Below the pieces are notes generated by a model. That model did not search any database, was not told the origin of the DNA, and was given only the letters and a program-made list of their open reading frames with translations. Position numbers and translations under genes: made by a program. A DNA stretch of 61,353 bases, filler included, from Sphacelaria rigidula (lineage: Eukaryota), in assembly GCA_964200075.2 (NCBI GenBank). It is 11 parts of 11 records of this genome, joined end to end, with 100 filler letters (N's around TTAATTAATTAA, not from the genome) between each part and the next. Parts side by side here need not be neighbours in the genome. Positions count along the whole stretch, not along the records: positions 55,868 to 61,353 come from CAXNAA020026932.1; 10 more parts are not named here. The stretch is one strand, 5' to 3'. This document shows, piece after piece, positions 61,285 to 61,353 of the stretch. Numbering within the stretch: the first letter of the stretch is position 1; each line of letters opens with the position of its first letter.

Positions 61285-61353
61285 GTACTCATGATCATGC
61301 TTGCCATAGTCATTTGACCATTGACCACGCATCCCTTTCGAGACGGAGCACCG
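61285..61353 (-). mobile_element. GAGTAC-tail retroposon 3' end next to a G-tract
   Basis: Plus strand reads GGGTAGGGGGT then GTACTCATGATCATGC…CCCTTTCGAGACGGAGCACCG. Confidence 0.85.

Overview
Eukaryotic, repeat-rich DNA, most likely from a brown alga or related stramenopile (inferred from an EsV-1-7 repeat gene, GT-AG multi-exon genes and an axonemal dynein). The window is not one locus. It is 11 short scaffolds of 5487 or 5486 bp, sorted by length and joined by 100-bp N/TTAATTAATTAA/N spacers, so nothing can be inferred across the spacers. Host genes: six in-phase exons of a DNAH2-like inner-arm dynein heavy chain, one DGAT2/MOGAT-family exon, three in-phase exons of an Ala/Glu/Arg-rich helical-repeat protein, and a tandem EsV-1-7 (C-x4-C-x16-C-x2-H) array. 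The rest is mostly decayed mobile DNA: RTE-like and other APE-type LINEs, Gypsy, Copia, a Ngaro/DIRS-like element, SINEs and several MITEs. Best candidates for undescribed biology: (1) a tail-less LINE/SINE pair whose shared 3' end (…ATGAGTAC) abuts poly(C)/poly(G) tracts, including one 10-bp insert with a perfect 22-bp C-tract target-site duplication; (2) a near-identical 38-aa zinc-finger array with one hypervariable position, reminiscent of TALE/PRDM9 arrays; (3) a TGT…ACA MITE carrying telomeric repeats. All calls are by eye; no searches were run.
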